From Candidatus Multivoradales bacterium (GTDB lineage: Bacteria; Acidobacteriota; Thermoanaerobaculia; Multivoradales; J023), in NCBI GenBank assembly GCA_965248925.1, contig CBDFLE010000006.1, positions 3,680,001 through 3,744,000 on the forward strand: a stretch of 64,000 nucleotides of DNA, given 5' to 3'. The translations under genes were made by a program, and so were the position numbers. Below, one piece after another: positions 39,775 to 49,643 of the stretch (position 1 is the stretch's first letter; every line of letters starts with the position of its first letter). A model generated the notes under the pieces. It ran no database searches. It was not told where the DNA came from and saw only the letters and a program-made list of their open reading frames with translations.

Positions 39775-41087
39775 CGCTGGATCTCCACCTTGCCCGCCGC
39801 GGCGCTGGCGGCGGCCGCTTCCGGCACGATAGTCAAGACCGCTCGCTGGTCGGCGTGCAGGTACTCGGCGGCGTAGTTGCGCAGGGCCTCGGCGTCGATC
39901 GCTCGGTAGCGGTTGACCTCCTCGGCGACTCGCTGGGGGGCATCGAAGTAGGTGGTGAACATCGACAACAGGTCGGCGACTCGCTCTAGGCTCTGCAGCT
40001 GATGAAAATGTTGAGTCAGCAGTTGTCGCTGAGCGCGCTCGATCTCGGCGGCTGGCGGGGGTGAGCTAGCCGCGGCCGCCAAATGCTCTCCGAGGGCTTG
40101 TTCCAGCTGCTCGGGTTCGACCCCAGGCCGGCAGGTGGCCACGGTGTAGAAGGGAGCGGCCATCTCGGTGGAAAGAACAAAGCACCCTACTTCCTGCGCC
40201 AGCTGCCGGTCATAGACCAGGTCGGCATAGAGAGCGCTCGATTTGCCGCCAGAGAGCACCGTTGCCAGCAGGTCGGCGGTGTACCAGCTGTCGCTGCCGA
40301 AACCTGGTCCATGACTGGCCAGATAGACCCGCGGTAGCTCGACCCGGTCGCTCAACACCGCCCGCTGCTGCGTTTCGAGCAGGACTGGAGCTGGCTCGGG
40401 CTGCCGCGTCTTGGGACCTGGTTCGAGGTCTCCAAACCAGGCTTCCACTCTCTCGAAGGCGAGGTCGAAGTCGATGTCGCCAGCCACCGTCAGCACGGCG
40501 TTCTGCGGCACGTAGTGAGCGCTGAAGAAATCGCTGACGTCGTTCAAGGTAGCGGCTTCGATGTCGTCGACATAGCCGATCACCGGCCAGCGATAAGGGT
40601 GACCTGGCGGATAGAGCAGCTCATGCAGGCCCTCGAAAGCACCGCCGTAGGGCTGATTGTCGATCCGCTGGCGGCGCTCGTTGATCACCACATCGCGTTG
40701 ATTGTCGAGTTTCTCCTGAGTAATCGCGGGTAAGAAAAAGCCCATGCGATCGGACTCCAGCCACAGGGCCAAGTCGAGAAAGTGACTCGGAAGCACCTCG
40801 TAATAGGCGGTGCGGTCGTACCAGGTCGAGCCATTGCCGATACCGCCGGCTTGCTGGATCAGCCGGAAGTGATCGTTGGTGTCGACATGCTGGCTGCCCT
40901 GAAAGAGCAGATGCTCGAACAGGTGAGCAAATCCGGTGCGGCCCGGACGCTCGTTCTTTGAACCGACGTGATACCAGAGATTGACCGCCACCAGCGGTAG
41001 GCTCGAATCTCGGTTAAGCACGATCTCGAGACCGTTGTCCAATCGTCGTCGTCGCAAGTTCAGCTCGAAAGTGGGCATGGCGTGCAT
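39771..41087 (-). CDS. M16 zinc peptidase, catalytic subunit
   Basis: YHVGSKNE, GFAHLFEH (HxxEH), LESDRM, NERRQR. Confidence 0.93.
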   Translation of the reverse strand: MHAMPTFELNLRRRRLDNGLEIVLNRDSSLPLVAVNLWYHVGSKNERPGRTGFAHLFEHLLFQGSQHVDTNDHFRLIQQAGGIGNGSTWYDRTAYYEVLPSHFLDLALWLESDRMGFFLPAITQEKLDNQRDVVINERRQRIDNQPYGGAFEGLHELLYPPGHPYRWPVIGYVDDIEAATLNDVSDFFSAHYVPQNAVLTVAGDIDFDLAFERVEAWFGDLEPGPKTRQPEPAPVLLETQQRAVLSDRVELPRVYLASHGPGFGSDSWYTADLLATVLSGGKSSALYADLVYDRQLAQEVGCFVLSTEMAAPFYTVATCRPGVEPEQLEQALGEHLAAAASSPPPAAEIERAQRQLLTQHFHQLQSLERVADLLSMFTTYFDAPQRVAEEVNRYRAIDAEALRNYAAEYLHADQRAVLTIVPEAAAASAAAGKVEIQR

Positions 41088-41215
41088 GGAAATCGGGCTC
41101 GGTTGGTGGTTGGAAGGCTGTGGGTAGAAGTACCTGGAGAGTGTAGGGAGGTGGTTCGGCGAGTGTCAAGCAGCGCGCTGGGCAGCGGGCGGGAGCCGAC
41201 TATTCTCGGCGGGGC

Positions 41216-41245
41216 TTGCATTTACGCCCAAGTTGCGCCTATACT
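41216..41245 (+). promoter_or_regulatory. lexA sigma70 promoter with direct-repeat operator candidate in the spacer
   Basis: TTGCAT-N18-TATACT; the spacer is TTACGCC-CAAG-TTGCGCC. Confidence 0.7.
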
Positions 41246-41251
41246 CCCAGC

Positions 41252-41929
41252 ATGTCGACTTCGAGTAGTGATTCCGAGACTGGTGTCGCCAAGCCTGGTG
41301 CTCCCAAGAAGCCCACCTATCTGACCCGCCGGCAGAAGGAGATTCTCGAGTTTATCGCTGAATTTCGGCGCCAGGAGGGCATTTCACCCACCCACCGAGA
41401 GATTCGCGAGCAGTTCGGCTACTCCTCTTACGGCACGGTGCACAAGCATCTCAAGTTGCTGCAAGAGAAGGGCTATCTGCGCCGTGATTGGAATCAAAAG
41501 CGCGGCATGGAGTTGGTGCGGGCGGTACCTGGAATCATCACCGATGTCGAAGCGGAGATTCCCTTCCTTGGCCTGATTGCCGCCGGTCAGCCGATCGAGG
41601 CGCTGCCGGGCAATGAGACCTTGGCGGTTCCCAATCATCTCTTCACCGGTCGGACCGACGATCACTATGTGCTCAAGGTAGTGGGCGAGTCGATGATCGA
41701 CGAGGGTATTCACGATGGTGATTTCGTGGTTGTTCTGCGCCGCGAGCGAGCCACTCCGGGGGAGATGGTGGTCGCCCTGATCGGCACGGACGCTACTTTG
41801 AAGCGCTTCTTCATCGAGGGCGATCGGGTGCGTTTGCAGCCCGCCAACCCCAACATGCAGCCGATTTGGGTGCCGGCCGACCAGGTGCGGATCCAAGGGG
41901 TTGTAGTGGGCCTGATGCGCAAGTATTGA
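41252..41929 (+). CDS. lexA: SOS repressor LexA
   Basis: LTRRQKEIL, SPTHREI, IAAG cleavage site, GESM (Ser), TLKR (Lys). Confidence 0.96.
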   Translation: MSTSSSDSETGVAKPGAPKKPTYLTRRQKEILEFIAEFRRQEGISPTHREIREQFGYSSYGTVHKHLKLLQEKGYLRRDWNQKRGMELVRAVPGIITDVEAEIPFLGLIAAGQPIEALPGNETLAVPNHLFTGRTDDHYVLKVVGESMIDEGIHDGDFVVVLRRERATPGEMVVALIGTDATLKRFFIEGDRVRLQPANPNMQPIWVPADQVRIQGVVVGLMRKY

Positions 41930-42167
41930 TCGCCGGCTAATTGCTGTTAGCCAGTGGTTGCCGAGACTAGCCACTATTGCCGAGGCCGGAGAGCCAGCTA
42001 TCGGGTGAGAATGCCGCTCGTATTTGGGCGGCGTTTCTTTTTCGGGTTAGACTCCGGGCAACCGCCCAGGCATCCCGCCGAACCGAGAAGAGTACCGACC
42101 CGTCGTCGCGAGTGCGTTTGTTTGTCGGTGATATGGGTGCAAGCTGGGCGGTTGCGAGAGGATCTTC

Positions 42168-43595
42168 ATGGATCTGAACCAGCTACTCAAGATCATGACC
42201 CGGCAGGGGGCGTCGGACCTGCACCTGAAACCCACCCGCCCCCCCTTGATGCGCCTCGATGGCAAGCTGCGCCCGCTCAAGGCACCGGCCATCGAGCTAG
42301 CCGAGATCGAGACTTTGGTAGAAGATCTTTTGACCCCGCAGCAGCGAGTCAAGCTGGAAGAGACTTTGTCGGTCGATCTTGGCTATGGCGTGCCGGGAAT
42401 CGCCCGCTTCCGCGGCAACATCTACCATCAGCGCGGCAACCTGGCCTGCTGCTTTCGCCGGGTGCCGTACAAAATCAAGTCGGTCGAGGAACTCGACTTA
42501 CCCCAGGTGTTGCTCGATTTCTGCCATTTGCCGATGGGCCTGGTGTTGGTTACCGGTCCCACCGGTAGCGGTAAGTCCACTACCTTGGCGGCCTTGATCA
42601 AGTACATCTCGAACACCCGTCCAGCGCATGTGATTACCATAGAAGACCCCATCGAGTTCCTGTTCTCCGACGGCAAGGCGTCGATCTCCCAGCGCGAGTT
42701 GGGCACCGACACCTACAGCTTCAAAGAGGCCTTACGCAATTCCTTGCGTCAGGATCCCGACGTCATCATGGTCGGTGAGATGCGCGACCCCGAGACCATC
42801 GAGACGGTGATCACCGCCGCCGAGACCGGGCATTTGGTGTTCTCCACCCTGCATACCAACAGTGCTACCCAGACTATCGACCGGATCCTCGACACCTTCC
42901 CCGGCGACCAGCAGAGTTTGGTCCGAGCCCAGCTGGCGTTGGTGCTCAAGGGTGTGGTGTCGATGAAATTGGTGACCCGCCGCGAGGGAGAAGGCCGGGT
43001 GGCGGCGTTGGAGATCATGCGCGGTTCGCCGCGAGTTTCTGAATTGATCGAGAAAGGCAAGACCTCCGAGTTACTCGAAGAGGTCGAGTCGTCAGTAGGC
43101 TACTACCGCATGCAGAGTATGAACCAGTCTCTGCTCGCCCTGATGGTGCGCAACACCATCAGCTATCAGGAAGCGATGGAGCAGTCGTCAGATCCTGAAG
43201 ATCTGTCACTCAAACTGCGTAAGATGTTTCCCAATCTCGAAGTTAAAGGAGGCGAGGTGGCAAGTTCCGATTTTGCCGAGATTCAAGAGCTGCAACAGTT
43301 TCGCAAGCTCTACGAAGAGCAAGAAGAAAAGAACAAGCTGCGCCTGGGGGACAAAGACGAGGAACTCCAGAATATGGCAGCATCGCTCGCCGATCGCGAT
43401 CAGCGAATCCGCGAGCTCGACGAACGCACCCAGGAGATGCGTCAGGAGTCCGACCGCATGCGATCCGACTACGGCCGCCTCAAAGAAGAAGCCGAGGGCA
43501 AGATCAAGAAGCTGATGGAGCGCATCAAAGATCTCAATCAGCGCCTTAACCCCAGCGGCAGCGCCGGCGACAAGAAGTCGGGCATCTTCCGCTAG
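42168..43595 (+). CDS. PilT/PilU-family retraction ATPase with C-terminal coiled-coil extension
   Basis: GASDLHL, GPTGSGKST, TIEDPIE, LRQDPDVIMVGEMRD, TGHLVFSTLHT. Confidence 0.93.
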   Translation: MDLNQLLKIMTRQGASDLHLKPTRPPLMRLDGKLRPLKAPAIELAEIETLVEDLLTPQQRVKLEETLSVDLGYGVPGIARFRGNIYHQRGNLACCFRRVPYKIKSVEELDLPQVLLDFCHLPMGLVLVTGPTGSGKSTTLAALIKYISNTRPAHVITIEDPIEFLFSDGKASISQRELGTDTYSFKEALRNSLRQDPDVIMVGEMRDPETIETVITAAETGHLVFSTLHTNSATQTIDRILDTFPGDQQSLVRAQLALVLKGVVSMKLVTRREGEGRVAALEIMRGSPRVSELIEKGKTSELLEEVESSVGYYRMQSMNQSLLALMVRNTISYQEAMEQSSDPEDLSLKLRKMFPNLEVKGGEVASSDFAEIQELQQFRKLYEEQEEKNKLRLGDKDEELQNMAASLADRDQRIRELDERTQEMRQESDRMRSDYGRLKEEAEGKIKKLMERIKDLNQRLNPSGSAGDKKSGIFR

Positions 43596-43599
43596 CTGG

Positions 43600-43734
43600 T
43601 CAGCGCCTTGTGGCAGAAGGAGTCTTCTTGGGTTTTGCCGTCTTCTCTTTCTGAACGTCGATCTTTTTCGTTGTTGGGGGCTGTTTCGGCCAGGGCTTGG
43701 GTGGCTTTGGGTAAACCCGCTTGATGGTCGACAT
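43600..43734 (-). CDS. small Lys/Pro-rich hypothetical peptide (44 aa)
   Basis: MSTIKRVYPKPPKPWPKQPPTTKKIDVQKEKTAKPKKTPSATRR; ATG overlaps the upstream stop as TGATG. Confidence 0.45.
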   Translation of the reverse strand: MSTIKRVYPKPPKPWPKQPPTTKKIDVQKEKTAKPKKTPSATRR

Positions 43735-44225
43735 CAAGTCACAGCTTCCAACTGGCGACCCCGCAGAGTCGCGGCTTGTGCCTTCTCCATCAGATGATGG
43801 ATCGCCGGTAGGCCGGCCACCGCGCTTTCATCGAGCTTGGCCACCCGAGTCTGCAACTCTTGCGAACGCTCTAGGGCCTTGGCGTCGTCTAGCGTACTCA
43901 GCTCCAGCCAGAGCTGGTCGTAGTCGGCCTCTATCTCTGTCCACTGGCGAGCCACCGCCGCGGCCGGAGCTACTGAATCACCATGGCGAAAGCCGGCAAG
44001 GCAAGCACCTGCTAGAGCCGCTGCCACCGCGAGGATCTTGCCGGCCCCGGGCCACGGCGAGAAAAGCGAGATCGCGGCTGACGAAGAGAGTACTGCGACA
44101 GCCAACGAGATCCACCGATCGAATCTTCGATTTCGCTCTGCCAACAGCTGGAAGTAGCGTACTCCGTAGTCGGCGTCTAATAGGCGCTCGTAGATTAGGG
44201 ACTGAACATCGTCGTGCATGTCCAT
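43734..44225 (-). CDS. two-TM protein, SLATT-like architecture
   Basis: N-terminal helix, two adjacent hydrophobic segments, charged helical C-terminus. Confidence 0.6.
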   Translation of the reverse strand: MDMHDDVQSLIYERLLDADYGVRYFQLLAERNRRFDRWISLAVAVLSSSAAISLFSPWPGAGKILAVAAALAGACLAGFRHGDSVAPAAAVARQWTEIEADYDQLWLELSTLDDAKALERSQELQTRVAKLDESAVAGLPAIHHLMEKAQAATLRGRQLEAVT

Positions 44226-44351
44226 CCCATCCTATCGCAGTCTGAGAGTTCCCATGCCCCAGCGCTCACTCAACCTCCGTCCAACCGACGGCTTACGCCG
44301 TCCTCGGTTGCAAGACCGGGGTCACCACAGTTAAACTCCTGCCTTAGTAAT

Positions 44352-44657
44352 ATGTCTCTAACTATCGATGAAATCAGGAAGATCGCTACCCTCGCCCAGC
44401 TCGAGCTGGGGCCGGGCGAAGAGGCTGTGCTCACCGAACAGCTGGCGCGGATCGTCGGCTACGTGGATCAGCTCCAAGATGTCGAGCGGGCCGAGCCGGT
44501 GCTCGCCACTGGCAGTTCTCGTCTGGCTCGCGACGAGCCTCTTCCGTGCCTTGAGCGGGCGACTTTCGAAGCCAACGCACCGCAGCGTCAGGATGGCTAT
44601 CTGGTGGTGCCTCAGGTCAAGAAGGTGGGCAAAGGCACAGCGGGCGGTGGCGGGTGA
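44352..44657 (+). CDS. gatC: Asp/Glu-tRNA amidotransferase subunit C
   Basis: EIRKIATLAQL, IVGYVDQL, ANAP...GYLVVP; directly upstream of gatA. Confidence 0.9.
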   Translation: MSLTIDEIRKIATLAQLELGPGEEAVLTEQLARIVGYVDQLQDVERAEPVLATGSSRLARDEPLPCLERATFEANAPQRQDGYLVVPQVKKVGKGTAGGGG

Positions 44658-46129
44658 GGGAGCTGCACCAGCTGTCCGCCACCGAGATCGCTGCCGGAGT
44701 GCGCGCGGGTGAGTTTTCGGCGGTCGAGGTGTTCGATGCCTGTTGCCGGCGAACCGAGCAGGTCGAGCCGCGGGTCAACGCCTATCTGCGTTTCGACCCG
44801 GCAGGCCGCGAGCGGGCGCTCGACATCGATCGCCGGCGGCAGGCTGGTGAGCAGCTCGGACCGTTGGCGGGGGTGCCCGTGGCGCTGAAGGACAATTTAT
44901 CGTTGGCCGGCCAGCCGCTGACCTGTGGCTCGCGAATTCTTGAAGGCTACGTCGCCCCCTACACTGCGACCGCGGTCGAGCGATTGTTGGGGGCCGGCGC
45001 GGTGCCTCTGGGTCAATGCAACATGGATGAGTTCGCGATGGGCTCGTCGTGTGAGAACTCGGCCTTTGGGCCGACCCACAACCCCTGGCATTTGGGAAAA
45101 GTTCCTGGTGGCTCAAGTGGTGGTCCGGCGGCGGCGGTGGCGGCCGGCAGCGTGCCGCTGGCGCTAGGCTCCGACACTGGAGGTTCGATCCGCCAACCGG
45201 CGGCGATGTGTGGCGTAGTGGGGCTCAAGCCCAGTTGGGGCCGGGTGTCGCGTTACGGCCTGGTGGCGTTTGCTTCGTCGACTGACCAGATTGGCCCGCT
45301 GACGCGGACGGTCGAGGACTCCGCCCTTGCTCTGGGAGTGATGGCTGGGGCCGACAGCAACGATTCAACCTGTTCTGCGCGGCCACTAGACGACTATCAA
45401 GGAAGCCTCGGCGAGGGCGTCGAGGGGTTGCGGATCGGTTTTGTGTCAGAAGTCGATAGCGACGACATGGATGCCGCGAGTCAGGCGAATTGGGCGGCGG
45501 CGCGCCAGACTCTGAAGAGCCTCGGTGCCCGCCTCGAAGAGGTTTCGCTGCCCAGCCTGGAATTAGCGGTCGCTTGCTACTACATCGTTGCCCCCAGCGA
45601 GGCCAGCGCCAATCTGGCTCGCTTCGATGGCGTGCGCTATGGCCGTCGGGCAGCCTCGGATCGGGGGCTAGCGGGCCTCTACCAGCAAAGCCGCAGTGAG
45701 GGTTTCGGAGCCGAGGTCAAGCTCCGCATCATGCTCGGAACTTTTGCCTTATCTTCCGGCTACTACGACGCTTACTACGGTCGCGCCCAGGGGGTCCGCG
45801 AGATCTTGCGGGCCGAGATGGCAGCGGCGTTCGAGCGCGTCGACGTGCTAGTGACGCCGACCACTCCCGGCGGGGCTTTCAAACTGGGAGAGCGTACCGA
45901 GGAACCACTGGCGATGTACTTGTCGGACATCTACACCACGCCGGCCAGCCTGGTGGGTTTGCCTGCTGTATCAGTACCCAGCGGGCTCGACTCCTCGGGC
46001 ATGCCCTTAGCGTTGCAGATAACCGCGCCACCTTTTGCCGAAGCCCTCGCATTGCGTGTGGGTCGGGCTTTCGAGCAGGTGGTTGGATTCGCCCTGGAGC
46101 CTGGTTTTGTGCCGACCGAGAACAGCTAA
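44654..46129 (+). CDS. gatA: Asp/Glu-tRNA amidotransferase subunit A
   Basis: ALKDN, NMDEFAMGSS, PGGSSGG, GSDTGGSIRQPA, NLARFDGVRYG, MYLSDI. Confidence 0.96.
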   Translation: MRELHQLSATEIAAGVRAGEFSAVEVFDACCRRTEQVEPRVNAYLRFDPAGRERALDIDRRRQAGEQLGPLAGVPVALKDNLSLAGQPLTCGSRILEGYVAPYTATAVERLLGAGAVPLGQCNMDEFAMGSSCENSAFGPTHNPWHLGKVPGGSSGGPAAAVAAGSVPLALGSDTGGSIRQPAAMCGVVGLKPSWGRVSRYGLVAFASSTDQIGPLTRTVEDSALALGVMAGADSNDSTCSARPLDDYQGSLGEGVEGLRIGFVSEVDSDDMDAASQANWAAARQTLKSLGARLEEVSLPSLELAVACYYIVAPSEASANLARFDGVRYGRRAASDRGLAGLYQQSRSEGFGAEVKLRIMLGTFALSSGYYDAYYGRAQGVREILRAEMAAAFERVDVLVTPTTPGGAFKLGERTEEPLAMYLSDIYTTPASLVGLPAVSVPSGLDSSGMPLALQITAPPFAEALALRVGRAFEQVVGFALEPGFVPTENS

Positions 46130-46166
46130 GCCGCCGTTCTGGCGACTGTCTGTCGATGGCTGGCGG

Positions 46167-47960
46167 ATGCTGTCGATCGCCGTACTGGCGATCTTGCTGT
46201 GGGTCGATATCGCTGCTGCGGCCACCGTTCGCCGTTCTCTTGATGGCGGCCAGCGGGCCTCGATCAACGATCGGCAAGAGATCATTCTCGAGGCCCCGCC
46301 GCTGCGCGGTGAGGGATTGTGGGCATTCGTCAAACGGCTGACCGGGAGCACCCGCAATAGCGAGCAGTTTCGCCGCGCTAACGGCCGTCCGCGGCAGCTG
46401 CTCCGTGGCGTGCGCTACAAAGTGCCCTACGAACTATTGCGCGAAGAGCACAAGCTGCGGGTAGTGCATGCCCTTTTCGCCGAAGATCGGGTGGTCGACG
46501 GTGGCTGGGCGCACAAGATCGACCGGCGCAATAGGGGCCAGAGCCTGTGGCATATCGCCACTTGGTTTACCGGCAGAGGTGAGAATTTCGCCAAAATCCG
46601 AAAGCACAACCGCTTGCGCGACAACGATGTCTATCCTGGGCAGGTGTTGGTGATTCCGGAAGGTCTGCTGCTACCGGTGTTTCGCCGCGAAGTGGCCGCC
46701 CAGCAAGTCGCTGCTAGCCCGCCTCCGGCCGCGCCTTTGCCGAAGTCACCGCCTCCGGCAGCGGCTCCCCAGGCCACTGCCAGAGTGACGGTTCGCGGCC
46801 ACCGTCTCGAATATGTCGAAGACAGTAGTGGCAAATACGCCATCTACCACCTGGCTCAGGGCGAAGCGCTGTACTCGAGTGTTGTGGTTCGCTTCACCGG
46901 TCGCACCATTGGCGAGGATGTCAATCGACTGGCTAGCGAGATTGCTGGCTTGAACGGCATCCGCGATGTCACTGACATTCCCGTCGGTCGAGGGGTGAAG
47001 ATCCCCTTCGAGTTGCTGACCCCCGAGTTCCTGCCTGCGGATGATCCACAGCGGCAGGAATGGGAAAAAGTTCAGGCGGCGGCGGCCAAGTATGGCAATA
47101 CGGTGCGAGCGACTCGCCTCGAAGGCATCACCGTGGTGCTCGATGCTGGCCATGGCGGCGTCGACCCCGGAGTATCCAACGGCAGCATGTGGGAGAGCGT
47201 CTACGTCTACGACATCATGGTGCGGATGAAGAAGATCCTGGAGACCACCACCGCGGCGCGGGTGGTGCCGACGGTTCGTGACGGCAAGAGCTTTCAACTA
47301 GCCGAGCGCGACGTGTTGCCGCGCTCCCGCGGCCACCTGGTGCTGACCACACCAGCGTACGCTATCGCCGAGCCCAAGGTGGCGACCAACCTTCGCTGGT
47401 ATCTGGCTAACAGCGTGCACCGCCAGGTCAACCGTCAGAGCGACGACGGCAAGGTGATCTTCATCTCCCTGCATGCGGATTCGCGCCATCCTTCGATGCG
47501 CGGCGCGATGGGCTACATTCCGGCGACTAGCCTGCGTACAGGCGAGTTCGGCCGCTCGACCTCGGTCTACACCAAGCGCAAGGAAGTTCGTGAACGACCG
47601 CGGGTGAGCTTCAGCTGGAAAGAGCGGACTCGCAGCGAGGGCTTGTCACGCCAGTTGGCGAGCAAACTGATGACCGGCTTTCGTCGACACCAGCTGCCAG
47701 TGGCGCCGGAAAAACCAATTCGCGACCGGGTCATCCGCAGCCGGCGCTGGGTTTATGTGCCGGCGGTGCTGCGCTACAACAGTGTGCCAGCCAAAGTGCT
47801 GTTCGAAGTCGCCAACATGAACAACGGCGAAGATCGGCGGCAGCTAAAGACCCGAGCCTACCGCCAGCGAATGGCCGAGGCTCTGGTCGAGGGCATCCTC
47901 GAATACTACGGTCAGGCTCCCGATGGAGCCATCGGCCAAGTGGCAGCTCGGGCGCGCTAG
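46167..47960 (+). CDS. N-acetylmuramoyl-L-alanine amidase (Amidase_3) with LysM-like domains
   Basis: Signal peptide; GQSLWHIA...VYPGQVLVIP; VVLDAGHGG, ISLHAD, LFEVANM. Confidence 0.88.
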   Translation: MLSIAVLAILLWVDIAAAATVRRSLDGGQRASINDRQEIILEAPPLRGEGLWAFVKRLTGSTRNSEQFRRANGRPRQLLRGVRYKVPYELLREEHKLRVVHALFAEDRVVDGGWAHKIDRRNRGQSLWHIATWFTGRGENFAKIRKHNRLRDNDVYPGQVLVIPEGLLLPVFRREVAAQQVAASPPPAAPLPKSPPPAAAPQATARVTVRGHRLEYVEDSSGKYAIYHLAQGEALYSSVVVRFTGRTIGEDVNRLASEIAGLNGIRDVTDIPVGRGVKIPFELLTPEFLPADDPQRQEWEKVQAAAAKYGNTVRATRLEGITVVLDAGHGGVDPGVSNGSMWESVYVYDIMVRMKKILETTTAARVVPTVRDGKSFQLAERDVLPRSRGHLVLTTPAYAIAEPKVATNLRWYLANSVHRQVNRQSDDGKVIFISLHADSRHPSMRGAMGYIPATSLRTGEFGRSTSVYTKRKEVRERPRVSFSWKERTRSEGLSRQLASKLMTGFRRHQLPVAPEKPIRDRVIRSRRWVYVPAVLRYNSVPAKVLFEVANMNNGEDRRQLKTRAYRQRMAEALVEGILEYYGQAPDGAIGQVAARAR

Positions 47961-48069
47961 GCATCCAGAAAAGTCGAGGAATAGTCGATTTTCGGGAACT
48001 AAGTTCGACCCGGCAGAGTCTGGATCAACGACCGGAGTCGACCCTTCATTTCGGCGGTTCAGGAGATTC

Positions 48070-48711
48070 ATGGAGGCCACACGTTCCGCCAAGGCGGAGC
48101 CAAGATCAGCAGCCTCGACGCCCCGCAAGGAGCGTTCCGCCGGTGCCGGTTGGTCGTCAACCTCCGAGTCCGACCTGGTGCAGCGGCATCGCTACGGCGA
48201 CCCCCAAGCCTTCGAAGAGATTTATGAAGAGTTCGCCGGCCTGGTCTACAACCTGGCCCTACGAATGTCGGGTCGGCCCGGCAATGCCGAGGACCTCAGT
48301 CAAGAGGTCTTTCTGCGTATACACCGTTACCTCGGACGTTTCAACGGTCGCTCATCACTCAAGACTTGGGTCTATCGCGTGACACTCAATCACTGCCGCA
48401 GCCGCTTGGGGCGCAAGAAGATCCCCATCCAATCGCTGGCCGAAGACACCGAGGACGGTCGCGGTGTGAAGCTGCGTGAGACCCGTCGCAATCCCGAACA
48501 GCGGGCCATGGCCAGCGACGTGTCGCGGCAGATCTCCGCGGCTCTGCCGCAGATTAAAGCGGTGTACCGCGAAGCCTTGATCCTGCGCGATCTCGAAGAG
48601 CTGACTTACCAAGAGATCGCCAAGGTGCTAGGAGTGCGCATGGGGACCGTGCGTTCTCGCATCGCCCGCGGCCGCGACCAGTTGCGGCGGGTCCTCGGGA
48701 GGGCACCATGA
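48070..48711 (+). CDS. ECF sigma factor (RpoE/SigW-like)
   Basis: AEDLSQEVF, SSLKTWVYRV, LTYQEIA, GTVRSRIARGR. Confidence 0.93.
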   Translation: MEATRSAKAEPRSAASTPRKERSAGAGWSSTSESDLVQRHRYGDPQAFEEIYEEFAGLVYNLALRMSGRPGNAEDLSQEVFLRIHRYLGRFNGRSSLKTWVYRVTLNHCRSRLGRKKIPIQSLAEDTEDGRGVKLRETRRNPEQRAMASDVSRQISAALPQIKAVYREALILRDLEELTYQEIAKVLGVRMGTVRSRIARGRDQLRRVLGRAP

Positions 48712-49457
48712 GGCCGTTTCGCGCCGAGCATCCCTCGTTAGAGCAGTTGTCGGCCTATCTTGACCAAGAACTCCCCGGCAATGAGCAAGAGTGGGTGCAA
48801 GTCCATCTTGATGGTTGTGCTCCTTGCCGCCAGCGCTTCGACGAGCTGCAAGGGGTGGCCGGCGGGATGCGTGGACTGCGGCGGGTCGAGCCGCCCCAAT
48901 CTCTCGACCTGTGGGTGAGCCAGAGTATCGAGTTTGCAGGGCACAGAGAGAACCTGATGGACCAACTAGAAGGGCGCCTGCGTGGCATCTCCAGTCCCCA
49001 ATCCTACTTCCTGCCTTTGTTCGCGGTGATCATCATGCTGGCGGTAGTGAGCTACTTCTTTGCCTATGGATTTGACAGCCATCACGGTCAGGTGCTCACC
49101 CCGGTGTATTTCCCCACCGATGGAGGGATGTTGATCGACAACCGTCCGTCGCAATCCCCGCCGCCTCTAAATCACCGCACCTGGGCAGCTGGCCGCTCGC
49201 TGACCTGGGATGGCGAGAGATGGGTCGAAGAAGGTCTCAGGCTAGACGACCTGGCCAACGCCCGCGTCATCTGGGTTGATTCCGTCGAAGGTAGGCGCTT
49301 ATTGGCCGAGGGTTCAGAGCTAGCCGAGATGGCCAAGGCCCGGCGGCCGGTGGTGGTCCGCATGGGCCCGGAGGTGATCGAGCTGCGAGCGACGCAGCCC
49401 GTGCCGCTGCCACCGGAGGAAGCCGCCCACCGGTCCGAGGGCAGCTCGGCGCCATAG
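48708..49457 (+). CDS. zinc-finger anti-sigma factor
   Basis: LSAYLDQEL, HLDGCAPC (HxxxCxxC), TM helix; coupled to the ECF gene. Confidence 0.88.
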   Translation: MRPFRAEHPSLEQLSAYLDQELPGNEQEWVQVHLDGCAPCRQRFDELQGVAGGMRGLRRVEPPQSLDLWVSQSIEFAGHRENLMDQLEGRLRGISSPQSYFLPLFAVIIMLAVVSYFFAYGFDSHHGQVLTPVYFPTDGGMLIDNRPSQSPPPLNHRTWAAGRSLTWDGERWVEEGLRLDDLANARVIWVDSVEGRRLLAEGSELAEMAKARRPVVVRMGPEVIELRATQPVPLPPEEAAHRSEGSSAP

Positions 49458-49643
49458 ACCTCCGCACTTATCGCGTCGGCTGGCGGCGTTTCTTTGTCCA
49501 GCGATCTCTTGGTAGGTTCTCCTGTTCGAAAAGTTCACTTCAGAATGCAACTTTTGACAGGAGTTCCGTAAGACATCGCCGCGCCCCGTCTGGCCAAGCG
49601 GCCGGATCTGTTGCATGGTGATTCCTCAAAAGGAGGAACCGTT

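Noticed and set aside
49516-49536. GTTC repeats as a GTTC-N7-GTTC LexA box
   Set aside because: Spacings are 4 and 5 nt, not 7
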